Assembly: GCA_036785375.1 (NCBI GenBank)
Contig: JAWMAR010000531.1
Span: 310,001-374,000, forward strand
Reading direction: 5' to 3'
Length of the DNA: 64,000 bases
From: Leucoraja ocellata
Lineage: Eukaryota
Shown here one piece after another: positions 38,111-49,789 of this stretch (positions within the stretch are counted from its first letter, which is position 1; every line of letters begins with the position of its first letter). Position numbers and translations under genes: made by a program. The notes under the pieces are model-generated. The model ran no database searches, was not told where the DNA came from, and saw nothing but the letters and a program-made list of their open reading frames with translations.

Positions 38111-38494
38111 GAAACAAAATGCATGCTATTCCCTAAACCTCGCATTCTACTTTGGAGTTCAAAGCTTCTTGCATTCCCTTGGGTAGTCCCTTCCCACATT
38201 TCACGCTGGTCTATTATCTTCATATGGTAAAATGTGAATGACATTTGGAGTAACCTTTTATTTCTAGAGGTTCCCTATCCTTAGCACGTTAGATCTGTAG
38301 AAGCATCCATTGAATTGCTTTGGAGGACGCCTCCAGGTGAACACTGCAGAGGTGCAAGCTTGTATCCAGGTCTGGAGATTGGGACGTGTCACACTCGTTC
38401 TTCACTGGCTAGCTTTATTGCTTGACTTGGGTAAAGCTGCCAGTTGAAGAGCTGTTGTGGGCGGCCATTTTATCGTTGATGGCTTCTGCTAAAC

Positions 38495-38594
38495 ATGCAA
38501 CGAACTTTGCCAAGAGAGGAGTTCCGGCACACGACATTATCTGTGGGCGAACAAAATGATCACCAGGACCTTGTTCAAAAGGAAGCGCTGCCAG
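38495..38594 (+). CDS. Weak candidate first coding exon (MQRTLPREEFRHTTLSVGEQNDHQDLVQKEALP-)
   Basis: ATG with A at -3, 33 open codons, strong donor CAG|GTGAGA (phase 1), YY1-like GCGGCCATTTT at 38461. No homology recognised. Confidence 0.25.
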
Positions 38595-38804
38595 GTGAGA
38601 AGTTTGTTTTACCACCTGAACCTGCTCTGCAAGTAACTGTTCCAAACCATTATCTCCCTAGAAGCAATAGGTTGGAAGAATGTCAATATCTGATCTGGTG
38701 CGGTTAACTGAAGATCCCAGACACATAGAATGCTCCTTTTTACACAGCAACACAGAATGGAGGGCCATGTTCCATTGAATTGAACAAGTGATCTGTAAAA
38801 GGAT

Positions 38805-38942
38805 CATAGAGTCATACAGTGTGGAAACAGACCCTTTAGGCCAACGTGCCCAAACCGACCAACATGTCCCAGCTACACTAGTCCCACCTGCCTGCATTTG
38901 CCTAATATCCCTCTAAACCTATCTTTTCCATGTACCTGTCTG
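38805..38942 (-). mobile_element. CR1 3' tail
   Basis: TCATAGAGTCATACAGTGTGGAAACAG...CCCACCTGCCTGCATTTG. Same family as 61680-61870 and 62938-63235. Confidence 0.85.
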
Positions 38943-39360
38943 ACTGTGAAAGTTGAGGGAGGGAGTGATAAGGGATAGGGCGAATTGGTGGGAGAAGAGG
39001 CATGGGGAAGTTCTCTAATTGTAGTATTTCTGTGCAGCTGATTCACACCAGTATTTTTCTGCATCTATTTAATTATTTGCATGATTGATTCTTGCATGTT
39101 GTTATATTTTCAACAGTGCCTCTTCTGTTAACCTTGTGTTGAATACCACAATGGAGCTGAATGCACTGCTCCCGTCCATGGACTCTAATCGTAAAACATT
39201 AAAGAGGAATTTAGTTTGTCAGCAGTTGCCCAAGGCCTAAACTCTGCCACACCTGGTCCTCGGCTCAGAGAGACTGCGAATACTCGATTATAATAACCTC
39301 ATGGAAACTGCCAAAAGGACAGTCGTGAGTCATGGTCTTTGTTCTGCTGTTCAATTAAGC

Positions 39361-39566
39361 TAGAGGTTCCCAACCTTTTTTGTCCCGTTTACCCCTGGCA
39401 ACTTCAATAGCACATAACTATGTTATTTCACTTATTTATGAACAACTAGTGATGAACAGATATACCAGAACCAAACACAGTCAGTCAATGAGAAAAAATA
39501 TGTACAAATCCAGAATCAACAAATTTACCCCCTGGGGGTAAATTTACCCCAGGTTGGGAACCCTTG
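39361..39566. mobile_element. hAT (Charlie-like) MITE
   Basis: TIRs TAGAGGTTCCCAACCT / AGGTTGGGAACCCTTG; 8-bp TSD AATTAAGC / AATTAACC; subterminal TTTACCCC repeats. Confidence 0.85.
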
Positions 39567-39744
39567 AATTAACCCTGATAAATGTAGTGTTTGATGTTTC
39601 TGTTGTATTAAGGTATTATTTGGGGCAATTCCCTCTAATTTGGATTTTTACAGTTAAAGGTTTTCTTATATCTTCCTACTTTTTCATTTCCATTCTATTC
39701 TCCAAAAATATTAATTTTGTAGATTCTGACAAATAATCTTTGCG

Positions 39745-40003
39745 GGAGCACCACCACCAGAGCTGCCACCTCACAATGCTTGAGACCCGTGTTCAATTCC
39801 TAACTCTGATGATGTCTAAGTGGCGTTTGCAGTTCTCCCTGTGAGCACGTGGGTTTCGTTCAAGTGCTCTGCTTTTCTCCTGCATGCCAAAGACTGGTAG
39901 GTAATCAGGTTAGACACAAAATGCTGGAGTAACTCAGCGGGCCAGGCAGCATTTCTGGAGAGAGGCAATGGGTGACATTTTGGGTCGGGACCCTTCTTCA
40001 GAA
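39745..40003. mobile_element. Degenerate HE1 SINE plus PLE terminal repeat
   Basis: SINE head and V domain at 39745-39910; PLE repeat at 39911-40003 ending in TTCTTCAG. Confidence 0.75.
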
Positions 40004-40635
40004 TGAATTGTTTTGGTAATAATTGGGTAACAATCAGAATGTTTTGTTAATTTTACGTGAAGGAGAGTACAATTGATGCTTATGGTTGTTTTGTGGTCAA
40101 ATTGTACATCTTCAGATGAAGCCTCAGGCCGCCAAAGTGATGTTATCGTGGGAACAGAGGGAGAAATGGGAAGGAATTATCCAGGACTGTGTTTTAAATG
40201 GAGAGACAGGAGCTTCAGGTTGTGTATAAGAATCTGTAAATGACAGTAGGTCCTAAGGAATGTTGAACATTCCTTCTCTTGCCATAAAGAAATCCATGAT
40301 CCATGGGAGGAGGATGGGAAATTATTGTGTAGGAATGGGAAGTCCAGTGAAATATGCGATGCCGTAGCCAGGCATAGCAGTCAGGGGTTTGAAAATTGCT
40401 GCTGGCCTGAATGATGGTAAGAGTTTGAACATTCTCCAGATATTCTATTGACATAACATGGGTGGTTTCTTGGGATAGGAGTTTTACAATAGCATCGTAA
40501 TGTGCAGTCAAAATTTGTTGGAGGAAGCTTGTAGAGAGGGGGGTAGACACAAAGTGCTGGAGTAACTCAGCGGGACAGGCAGCATCTCTGGAGAAAAGGA
40601 CTAGGTGACGTTTCAGGATGAGAGCTCAGTAGTGG

Positions 40636-40698
40636 GTCCAGTTAGCTCAGTTGGTTTGAGCATAGTGCTAATAACACCAAGGTCGTGGGTTCAATCCC
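40636..40698 (+). pseudogene. tRNA-Ile(AAT)-derived pseudogene, 3'-truncated
   Basis: GTCCAGTTAGCTCAGTTGGTTTGAGCATAGTGCT-AAT-AACACCAAGGTCGTGGGTTCAATCCC aligns to vertebrate tRNA-Ile(AAT), mostly with CpG-decay changes. Anticodon at 40670-40672; 3' acceptor strand missing. Confidence 0.85.
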
Positions 40699-40714
40699 AC
40701 TCCCTAAGGTGAGA

Positions 40715-41047
40715 GGGGCAACAGTAGAGTTGCTGCCTTATAGCACCCGAGACCCGGGTTCGATCCTGACTACGGGTGCTTGTCTATTCAGTTTGTACAT
40801 TCTCCTTGTGATTGCATGAGTTTTCTCCGGATGCTCCCATACTCCAAAGATGTGCAGGTTTGTAGGTTAATTGGCTTCTGTAAATTGTCCCTAGTGTGTC
40901 GGATAGAACTAGTGATCAGTGTCGGATAGAACTAGTAATCAGACTTTGGCCCACAAAGTCCATGCCAACTAGTAATCAGTGCTCACCAGTCATCATGGAC
41001 TTTGTGTGCCAAACTATCTGTTTTCACTGTATCTCTAAACTAAACTA
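40715..41047 (+). mobile_element. HE1/V-SINE with internal tandem duplication
   Basis: B box CCCGGGTTCGATCC, V domain, duplicated GTGTCGGATAGAACTAGT, (CTAAA)n tail. Confidence 0.9.
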
Positions 41048-41954
41048 AAGGAATAAGGAATAGCTGTTTTGTCCCAAGATATGTTTGATTTACGATATCT
41101 ACCGCCATACTAAGCTGTAAGGAAAACAAATACTTCTGAGGTTGCAACAGTATAAACAGGAAAGATGCCTGTTGTGAGATATACAGGGCCCAGCCCACAA
41201 TTCCACCAAAAATATGTAATATAATCAGTTCCTTGCAGACAGTGGAAGGAAAGATTAATCCGTGAGGTCTGGCCATCTGTCTAATCCAACTGGGGGGATT
41301 CATATCACATTATCACTTTGTAAATAGACCATTGCAACTGTTTGATTGCTAGATAATGTGTTCTATATAGATTCACTCATCAGTGTAGAATCAGTAGAAA
41401 GTCCCAATAATAAACTTGCTTTGGTTTTAACACTTGCTTCTTTTGAAATCTCAGGGTATATTTTTGGAAGGTGCAAGAGACCTTAATATGTTCTTACCTC
41501 CCTCCTCCCTTCCCCTTTTCCAATAGTTTACATTCTTCCTCCTCAATATCAATGAATGCATCACACTTCTTCTGCAAAGACTAATGTAAAGTTCAGGCAG
41601 TAGAAACAACCACTGCAGAATGCTGTGGGTCAGGCAGTTTCTCTGGTGAAAAAGGATGGGCGACATTTCGGGTTGGGACCCATCTTCAGATCAGGAGAAG
41701 CCCCTTCTTCAGACCCCACCTATTCCATCTGCCCATCCATCACCCCCACACTCTTCTGACTGAGTTGCCTACGCTCATTGTTCCCATCAGTGTATGCTAC
41801 CTCCCATATTAGGTTCCATGTTTTATCTTCCTTTCCTCCAATTCCATCATCCACCTCCCCTTTGTTGCCTCCACCAAGCACCCACTTACACTATTCCTAT
41901 ACCACTTCTATTTTATTCTTTCGCAACCCCCTCAACCTGCCCAGATTCTCCTGC

Positions 41955-42140
41955 ACACAAGGGGCAATTCACAGTTGACTAATTAAACTACCAACTCGCT
42001 CGTCTTTGAGTTATGAGAGGAAACTGGAGCACCCAAAGGAGTCACAGTCCGTACAGTCACAGACAGCACCAGAGGTCAGAATTGAATTGGGGTCACTCAA
42101 GCTCTGAGGCAGCAACTCCACCAGCCGCTACTCTGTAACG
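41955..42140 (-). mobile_element. Degenerate HE1/V-SINE
   Basis: Reverse-complement V domain (CGTCTTTG...AGGAAACTGGAGCACCC) and head (GAGGCAGCAACTC). Confidence 0.8.
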
Positions 42141-42269
42141 CCCCTTTTGAGCATTACTTAGTCTATAGTTAATATTAACATTGAGGATAGCTGAACCTTG
42201 ACGGACTGCAATCCGACAACATACCTGGGAAGCCCATGAATAATACAACCTGCATTTCTGTAGCATTTG

Positions 42270-42530
42270 AAGATAGACACAAAATGCTGGAGTAACTCAA
42301 GCGGGCCCGGCGGCATCTCTGGAGAGAAGGAATGGGTGACGTTTCGGGTTGAGACCCTTCAGACTAGTCGGGAAAGGGAAACGATAGATATAGATGGTAG
42401 AGAGATATAGAAGAAATGAATGAAAGATATGCAGAAAAGTAAACATGATAAAGGAAACAGTCTATTGTTAGCTGTTTGCGAGGTGAAACAAGGTGAAATG
42501 ATGATAAGGAACAGGCCATACTGTGATGTC
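42270..42530 (-). mobile_element. PLE terminal repeat plus UTR
   Basis: GAAGATAGACACAAAATGCTGGAGTAACTC...GGTGACGTTTCGGGTTGAGACCCTTCAGAC; hammerhead core has a 3-nt deletion. Confidence 0.8.
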
Positions 42531-43064
42531 AGCTATAGGGGATATTCATTATGAAAAATGGCACATTGAGTAAAATAGCAGAGGGGTCCAACAGACATGA
42601 AGCAACATTATTTTAGGAGAAATTGGAAAAAGAAGAAATGTTAGCGTGAATGGGAAGTAATATAGATGAAGCTAACCTTTTAAGTAGTTTAGGGTCTATG
42701 ATAATTATGTTTCTCCATCCATTGAGACCAACAGCAGTTCAGTTTTGATTGTTGCGGGCCAGTGTTGTACCCCAGTCTGTCTGAGGATGATGGGAAGATG
42801 GTTTGAGAATTGTTGCGTTTGCTATATAAAGATTGGAGGAGTGAGTCAGAACACAAAAGCAGCAGGAAAGCAATTAGTCTCTCGTGTAATGAAAGTAAGA
42901 AGGAGTGTCAGAGAAAAAGATGGTAAAGAACACTGCGTTCAACTTAAATATAAAGATCCTGCTATCTTATTTGAATTCTTTGAATAAACAGGATGTGAGA
43001 CTGGTAGCAGTCATTTTTAGAAATGATTTCACTGCTCCTGCTTATAATAGTGAATTCAGGATTA

Positions 43065-43370
43065 GTTTTAGAGATCCAGCATGAAAACAGGCCTTTCAGC
43101 TCACTGACCATCGATCACCCATTCACACTTGTTCTATATTATTCCACTTTCCCATCCACTTGTTACAAACTAAGGGCAATTTACAGAGGCCAGATAACTT
43201 AACCTACAAACCCACATGTCTTGGGCATGTAGGAGGAAACCAGAGCACCAAGAGGAAACCCACATGGACACGGGGAGAACGTGCAAACCCCACATAGAAA
43301 GTACCCAAGGTCAGGATCGAACCCGGGTCTCTGCTCCTATGAGGCAGCAGCTCTACCAGCTGCGCCACTC
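43065..43370 (-). mobile_element. HE1/V-SINE
   Basis: Reverse-complement tail, V domain, GGATCGAACCCGGGTCTCT B box. Confidence 0.9.
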
Positions 43371-44149
43371 TGCATCAGGGTTCCTTCCGAATTGTATGAA
43401 AAACAATGCATTTCACTGTACCGAGGTACATGTGATGATAAAGAATCACTGAATCTTCATGTTAGGGTCACAGATACATCTCGCATATTATACTTAATTA
43501 TCAGTACAGTATTTTAAGATTTCCGTGGTTTGCCAAATTTAATACCGTTTCCAGGGAGTCTAGCTTGAGATTGAGATCATAATGACAGTGTTCCATTCCT
43601 ATATTGTCAACTTATTATTGCTCACCTGAGGCCAGAACAAGATTTATCTGCCTACTGGGTGTTAAATTGATAACTTTCTTAGTTTGCGGCTTACTTTGAT
43701 TGATATTCGCAATCTGGGCTCAACAAATGAGTTCTTAACTGCGGTCCTTCCACATACGCACAAAACGATCATTCCCGATATCCCTAAAGTCTACATATTG
43801 AAATCTGAGTTGACATTGTTTGAAATTCTTGATATTTATAATTAAAATTCAGAAAACTGTCAAGATACCTGCTTTGAACCCAAGCAAGTAAACACTTGGT
43901 CAGAACCTGCAAATCTACAAGAGATGAAAGCTCATCGGCTATCTGCATCCTTGAACTTATTCATTAAGAGAGAAATAACTCTGTCTGGGACACAGTAGAA
44001 TTTTATAGAGATTTAATTTTTGAAACCTAATGGTGGTGAACTAAATAAAATGGTTCCTGTATGATGATCAAACTTGAAAATGCTGGCTGTTTCGGTCCCA
44101 CTGGAATTGCTGGTCACACATGTAGTAGTGAATTCAGCTAAACATAAAT

Positions 44150-44380
44150 GCATAGGAAAGAACTACAGACGCTGGTTAACACAAAAGATAGGCACCAAAT
44201 TGCTGGAATAACACAAGAAAAGGTGTCGTTTTAGGGTCAGACTGAGAGTCAGGGGAAAGGAAAACTTCCTATCCTGGGCCTCATCCACTGTCACAGTGAG
44301 TGAGAAGGTAACTATGTTATACGGTTTCTCCAGAGATGCTGCCTGATCGACTGAGTTACTCCAGCATTTTGTGTCTTTCT
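44150..44380. mobile_element. Inverted PLE insertion with short ORF remnant
   Basis: Minus-oriented repeat at 44150-44260, ILGLIHCHSE remnant at ~44270-44300, plus-oriented repeat at 44325-44378. Confidence 0.7.
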
Positions 44381-45654
44381 AAGCAAATGCATTCTGAACT
44401 CTTGAGTTACTCAGCCTGCACAATCAATTCAAATGCTGAAAGACATTTCTCTCTCGGGCGTTGAAAAAGGTAGAAATACATTTGAAATTTTCTGAGACAC
44501 TTTGTCAATCTTCCAAATCTTGAAGGATTGCTGCACATTCCTTTAACTTCACTAAGTGGTCCAATTCTCAGAGAAATGACTTTACAAACTGTTCACTCCT
44601 CCCATGCTGATGTTCAAATCAGCCTCAGTGGGCCTGAGAAACCGCATGCGACTGACTAGTAGAAGAACAGGACTGCCAGCAGCTTCGTGGAATAATCACG
44701 TTGTATTCCCTACGCTTGACAGGTTACACTGTGACGCCCAAGTAATGCCAGCACTCATGTTACTGAGGTGACAGTGGTAGTAGCCACTATTAGGGCTGCC
44801 TCCCCAGGATGCTGTTGGACCATGCAAGGAATCAATGAAGGGATGAAGCCATTGCAGAATGCAATGTTGCTGTGACATGGCCGGGAGGAGTGCAGTTTGA
44901 ATACTGAACCGGCCCTTCTTTTGGAAATGTCTGTGTGTGCCTCTGGAATTAATGCAAAATAACTTTGCTTAATGAATTAGTGTTGTATGAGCCTTTAAAA
45001 TTCATTTCAGTGAATGGAGCAGGCAAATGGGACCTCCATTTATCCGCATAGCATAGTTACCTTCACAAAGACAGCTGAGTAAAGGTCTTAAATGGTGTAT
45101 AGACCTCAACAATTATTTCTGACAATCCAGTATGTCCCAAAGCTGCACTTGGGTGTATCAGCCTGTTTTTGTCAAGAGCATTGAACAGAAGGCTCAACTG
45201 ATGAGGTTCAGTTTGTAAAAGGGGCCGTAATAATTATGACTTTTTCTGTACTAGTTCCTACGTTTGTCTTCCCTTGCTGCAATGTTCAATTGGCAGAATG
45301 AGGCAGAGACTCTAAACAATCCACATCGACCGGTCAGGTGTCTGGCTTTGATTCAGTCTGCGCCCAAAGCAATAAATAGCTATCCGGTGACATCCTGATT
45401 TAACATCTCCGTTGGTCTGTTCCATTGCCAATAACTCCTGGTAGAGGACCTGTATCTCCAAACAAATGTGGTGGCAGCATTAGGATGGCATACTGTTAAT
45501 CATGTCACATCACAGGTGACTGATGAAAGAAACTGCACTGTAAGGCGACAGTGAGATATGAATTTGTGTGGCCTTTGCAAAATTGACCACAAATTTTGCT
45601 CTCAGCAGTTGCTGGAGAATAAAACATTTGTTAACCAGCATCCACTGTCAAACA

Positions 45655-46130
45655 CTTTTTACTTTAGACTTTAGTGATATACTGTGGAAACAGGCCCACT
45701 GAGTCCGCTGCGACCAGTAATCATCCCATACACTATCACTAACCTACACACTAGGGACAATAGGATAGGCTAAATTAAGCTTTGTGGCTTCAGCCTATTC
45801 CTTTTTCGGTCATTGATTATGTGAACGTTGTGTGAAATGGATACAGTGTTGGTTCATATTTATACAGATTGTAAAGTTTTGTTCTTTTTAATGTATGACC
45901 TAAATAAACTGTCCATTCATTCATTCATTCAATTTACAATTTGCTGAAGCCAATTAACCTACAAACCTGTACGCCTTTGGAGTGGGAGGAAATCGGAGCA
46001 CCCAGAGAAAACACATGCAGTCACAGGGAGAACGTACAAACTCCGTACAGGCAGCACCCGTAGTCAGGATCGAACCCGGGTCTCTGGTGCTGTAAGGCAG
46101 CATCTTTACCGCTGCTCAACGGTGCCGCTG
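45655..46130 (-). mobile_element. HE1/V-SINE interrupted by a ~170-bp plus-strand insertion (45762-45930)
   Basis: SINE tail at 45655-45761 resumes at 45931. Insert ends AATAAA...(CATT)n. Confidence 0.88.
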
Positions 46131-47149
46131 TAACATTACCTTCTGCCCTCTGTTAATTTTCATCCAAATGGATTGGATCATGTTGTTTTTGTTCTTGGCA
46201 TGTGGTGTTTGGCCTGTGATAAGAGAACAAGCTCATCTGTGAAGTCAAGGCGTTCAAGGGAGGGGAGTGGTGTCCACCTGTTGCCCTCTGGCATGTTTCT
46301 GTTGCTAAGCATGTCACCCAAGCAATGGCAGCATTAATGAGAACTGCAGACATGACTCACTCTGACGCATTCCTGTTTTGACTGCAAAACCGAGCTCACA
46401 GTGATCAACATCACGTTTACAGTAGCAGCTTTTGATGATGTTGATTAATATCAAGAGCCTTCTCATTTCCCTGCAAAACATCCGGCAGGCTGGTCGTGTG
46501 AATGCTGTTGAGCCTTCTCAAGGTCCATGAGTTTATATTGGATCGTTCCCTTATGTTTTGTGAAGATCTGGTCTTTGCTTCACACTCTTTCTGAGAGCTG
46601 GCTTGGTCTTATCTTAGAATGCCGTCAGCTACCTCTGATGTGCTCTGGACTAGGGGCTTGCAGAAAACCCTGCTCGGCCCCTTAACCAGCCATCCAAGCA
46701 GGCCAGCTATGAGAATCATTGTAGTCATCTTCACTAAGCTCCCATTAATCAACTCATCTGTTACCACCTCCATTTCCCAGTTGGGCAATAGAGGGCCCAG
46801 GGGCTGCTAGTTCCAATTTCCCATGAACAACGTTTTGTCAAGTTGTCCATGTCAGGAGCCTTCCTACTTTTCAACGAGTAGACAGTCTGGACAGTCTCTT
46901 AATTCATGTCTACTTGCTCCACAATTACCTACCCCCCCCCCCCCCCCGATGACCCTATCGTTCTCTGTGAAGATCCTACCCTGGCTAAACTTCACAAATG
47001 CCTTCACCTCACTTTCCAGAATGAACCCATTGCTTGGCCCGCTTGCTCAACTGATCAAAGACGCTGTAATCATTGAAAACCATTTTTGCTGTCAACGATA
47101 CCACCTATTTTCATGTTATCTGCAAACTAACATCTCATCCAAATTGTTT

Positions 47150-47470
47150 ATATAAACCACAAACAAGAATGGGCTCAGTACCGATCCTTCAGGCACACCA
47201 CTAATCATATAGGTCTCCATTCTGCTTCCCTCCATGAAGCCAATTCTATCTCCAGGAAGCTAGCTCTCTCTGGATCCCATGCAATCTAACCATCCAGAGC
47301 AGCTTACCATGCAGAACCTTATAAAAGGCCTTGCAGAAGTTCATACAAACTACGTCTACATCCCTGCCCGCGTCAACATTCCTAGTTATTTCTTCAAAAA
47401 AAAATCCTGAGACACAATCTCCCACATATAAAACCATACTGACTATCCCTAATCAATCACATGATCTCCC
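47150..47470 (-). mobile_element. CR1 RT fragment
   Basis: FFEEITRNVDAGRDVDVVCMNFCKAFYKVLHGKLLWMVRLHGIQRELASW. Confidence 0.9.
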
Positions 47471-47709
47471 AGGACACAATTTCCTACCCATAACATTAGA
47501 CACCTCTCCAGTGTCTAACACTGATTCATGTGTCTCAGGTAGGACTCTTGCAATTTCTTCTCTTGCTTCCCACTGTGTCCTGTTCAGGCATATCTACATC
47601 TTAGGATGTCCTAAGAACATGCCTTAATATGGAGTGTCCCCAATGCATCTCCATTAACTCTCCCAAGTTCCCTAGTCTTCATGTTCTTCTCTGAGGTAAG
47701 GATTAATTG

Positions 47710-48102
47710 ACAACCTTAATCATCAGCCATCAGGTTATTAAAAGCTACAACCCCCAATAAGCTCTGAACTACATAGACTATTATCGTTATTATTGAACTA
47801 TTATTGTTTGTTTTTTATGTATAAGTATGTGTGCGTGTGTGTATATATATGTAAGATAGACCCAAAAAGCTGGAGCAACTCAGCGGGACAGGCAGCATCT
47901 CTGGAGAGAAGGAATGGGTGACGTTTCGGGTCGAGACCCTTCTTCAGACACACACATGTGAGTATATGTACATCCACTGAAATTTTTTTCTTATTTATCA
48001 TATTGTTTATAGTACTATGTTTACATATTCCATTCTGCTGCTACAAGTAAGAATTTCATTGTTCTATTTGGGACATAAAACAATAAAACACTCTTGACTC
48101 TT
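47710..48102 (+). mobile_element. Rex1-like 3' UTR with a PLE repeat inserted into its TG/TA microsatellite
   Basis: CAGCCATCAGGTTATT...CAAGTAAGAATTTCATTGTTC...AATAAAACACTCTTGACTCTTG; PLE at 47852-47949. Confidence 0.7.
47920..47947 (-). ncRNA. Minimal type-I hammerhead ribozyme motif, intact core
   Basis: Minus strand CUGAAGA-A-GGGU-CUCG-ACCC-GAAA-CG-UC^ACC. Predicted cleavage between 47920 and 47919. Confidence 0.75.
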
Positions 48103-48686
48103 GTCAAACTCCTGTGGCTCCACACACAGACGGCCACTTTGGTTTCTGAAGGGCCCTATTCTGATTTCTTCCTCTGGAGGGTTTGGAGCGAGTCATTAAT
48201 TTGCCGTTTAAATTTCTCTCTGCAAAGTGCTGTTGTGGATCCTCACTCGTTGATTATATTGAAGGCTGAAGCAGATCGAGGCGGAACCTATGGGTATGTG
48301 GGAAAGTGGCCTACGTTTGATGGGCTGAATGGCCTCTACTGCTATATCCTATGCCCTTTAGGCAGCCGTAATATCTAATTAAATAATTTTGATGCAAATC
48401 TCGTAGATCTATTCGTAAGAGTTTTATGTTTAAGCAGTGCTCGATTTGGCATAGAAGCAGTCCATTAGGCATTGAAGGGTTAAATGTGTCAAACCTGTAC
48501 TTGCTGCTGACAACGTTTAGAAAGCATGAGGACAAGCAGGTCCTAAAACTCGGACAGGAGATTAGGAGCAACTAATGAAACAACTGCAAACCGTCTCCAA
48601 CGTGGGTTGACTGGGGATGTACTGCTGTCCGCCCACAGATGTGACTGCAGTCAGAGAGTTGTCAGGCCACTATTTATATTTAACCT

Positions 48687-48990
48687 CATAGAAACATAGA
48701 AAATAGGTGCAGGAGTAGGCCATTCGGCCCTTCGAGCCTGCACCACCATTCGATATGATAGAAACATAGAAATTAGGTGCAGGAGTAGGCCATTCGGCCC
48801 TTCGAGCCTGCACCGCCATTCAATCTGATCATGGCTGATCATCCAACTCAGTATCCCATCCCTGCCTTCTCTCCATACCCCCTGATCCCTTTAGCCACAA
48901 GGGCCACATCGAACTCCCTCTTAAATATAGCCAATGAACTGACCTCAACTACCCTGGCAGAGAATTCCACAGATTCACCACTCTCTGTCA
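48687..48990 (-). mobile_element. Young CR1 3' end with tandem 70-bp duplication of its tail
   Basis: ATAGAAACATAGAAA.TAGGTGCAGGAGTAGGCCATTCGGCCCTTCGAGCCTGCACC begins at both 48688 and 48758. Confidence 0.92.
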
Positions 48991-49789
48991 AAATAAGCAG
49001 TGAGGCTTGTGATCTTCAGATTCACACGAAGTTTGACCCAGTGTCCCATTTTTTACCTTCATGTTTGTTCTGATTTAAAATCCTACCCAGTTCCAGTTCA
49101 CCTGCATCAATGTACCTATTCTGCAATGCAGGGAAATATTTGTGCTTGCCTTGATTTACAAGAGGTACTGAATTAAATGGAAGTTAAAACAAAATTAAGT
49201 TATTTTAGTAAAATTTGCTACTTTAAACACAACTCTGGTGTTCGTCAACTATTTATAACGAGTTAGTCAAACTCAATAGCAAAATATCCAAGTTGGGATG
49301 TTACCTAATTGTTAAAAAGGGATGTTAAAGATTCAGGATAAATAAAAGGTATACATTTCATTTAAGTGATTAACACTGCCTGGTTTGTGAATGTTTTAAA
49401 TGATCATGTTTCTAGACTAGAATGGTAAAAATCTTACAGGTCAGCCGGTGATGTGGCAATCTCCAACTACAGAGATGGGCAACAATATCGATGAAAATAA
49501 TACAGCTCAGTATCTGTTGCATATTGATCATTGAGGGTCAGTGGGAAGTTTAAATTTGCGGGTACATAAATTCAATGACGCACATGGCTTTGAGACAAGT
49601 AACTTGCTTGTCAGTGTATGTTGTGAGAAATTTAAACTAATATTCAGGACTGGAGCAGAGTGCACTTGTCGTGTGGTGGAAGCTGCAGCACTCTCACAGT
49701 CTGAAGTGGCCAGATTGAGACCTCAAACAGGAAGATACTAATTGAAAGCAGGAACTTGGTCCAATAATTCAGCAATGCTGTGCATTCCA

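Noticed and set aside
40636-40698. Functional tRNA-Ile gene
   Set aside because: Acceptor stem cannot form and CpG-decay substitutions affect the stems.
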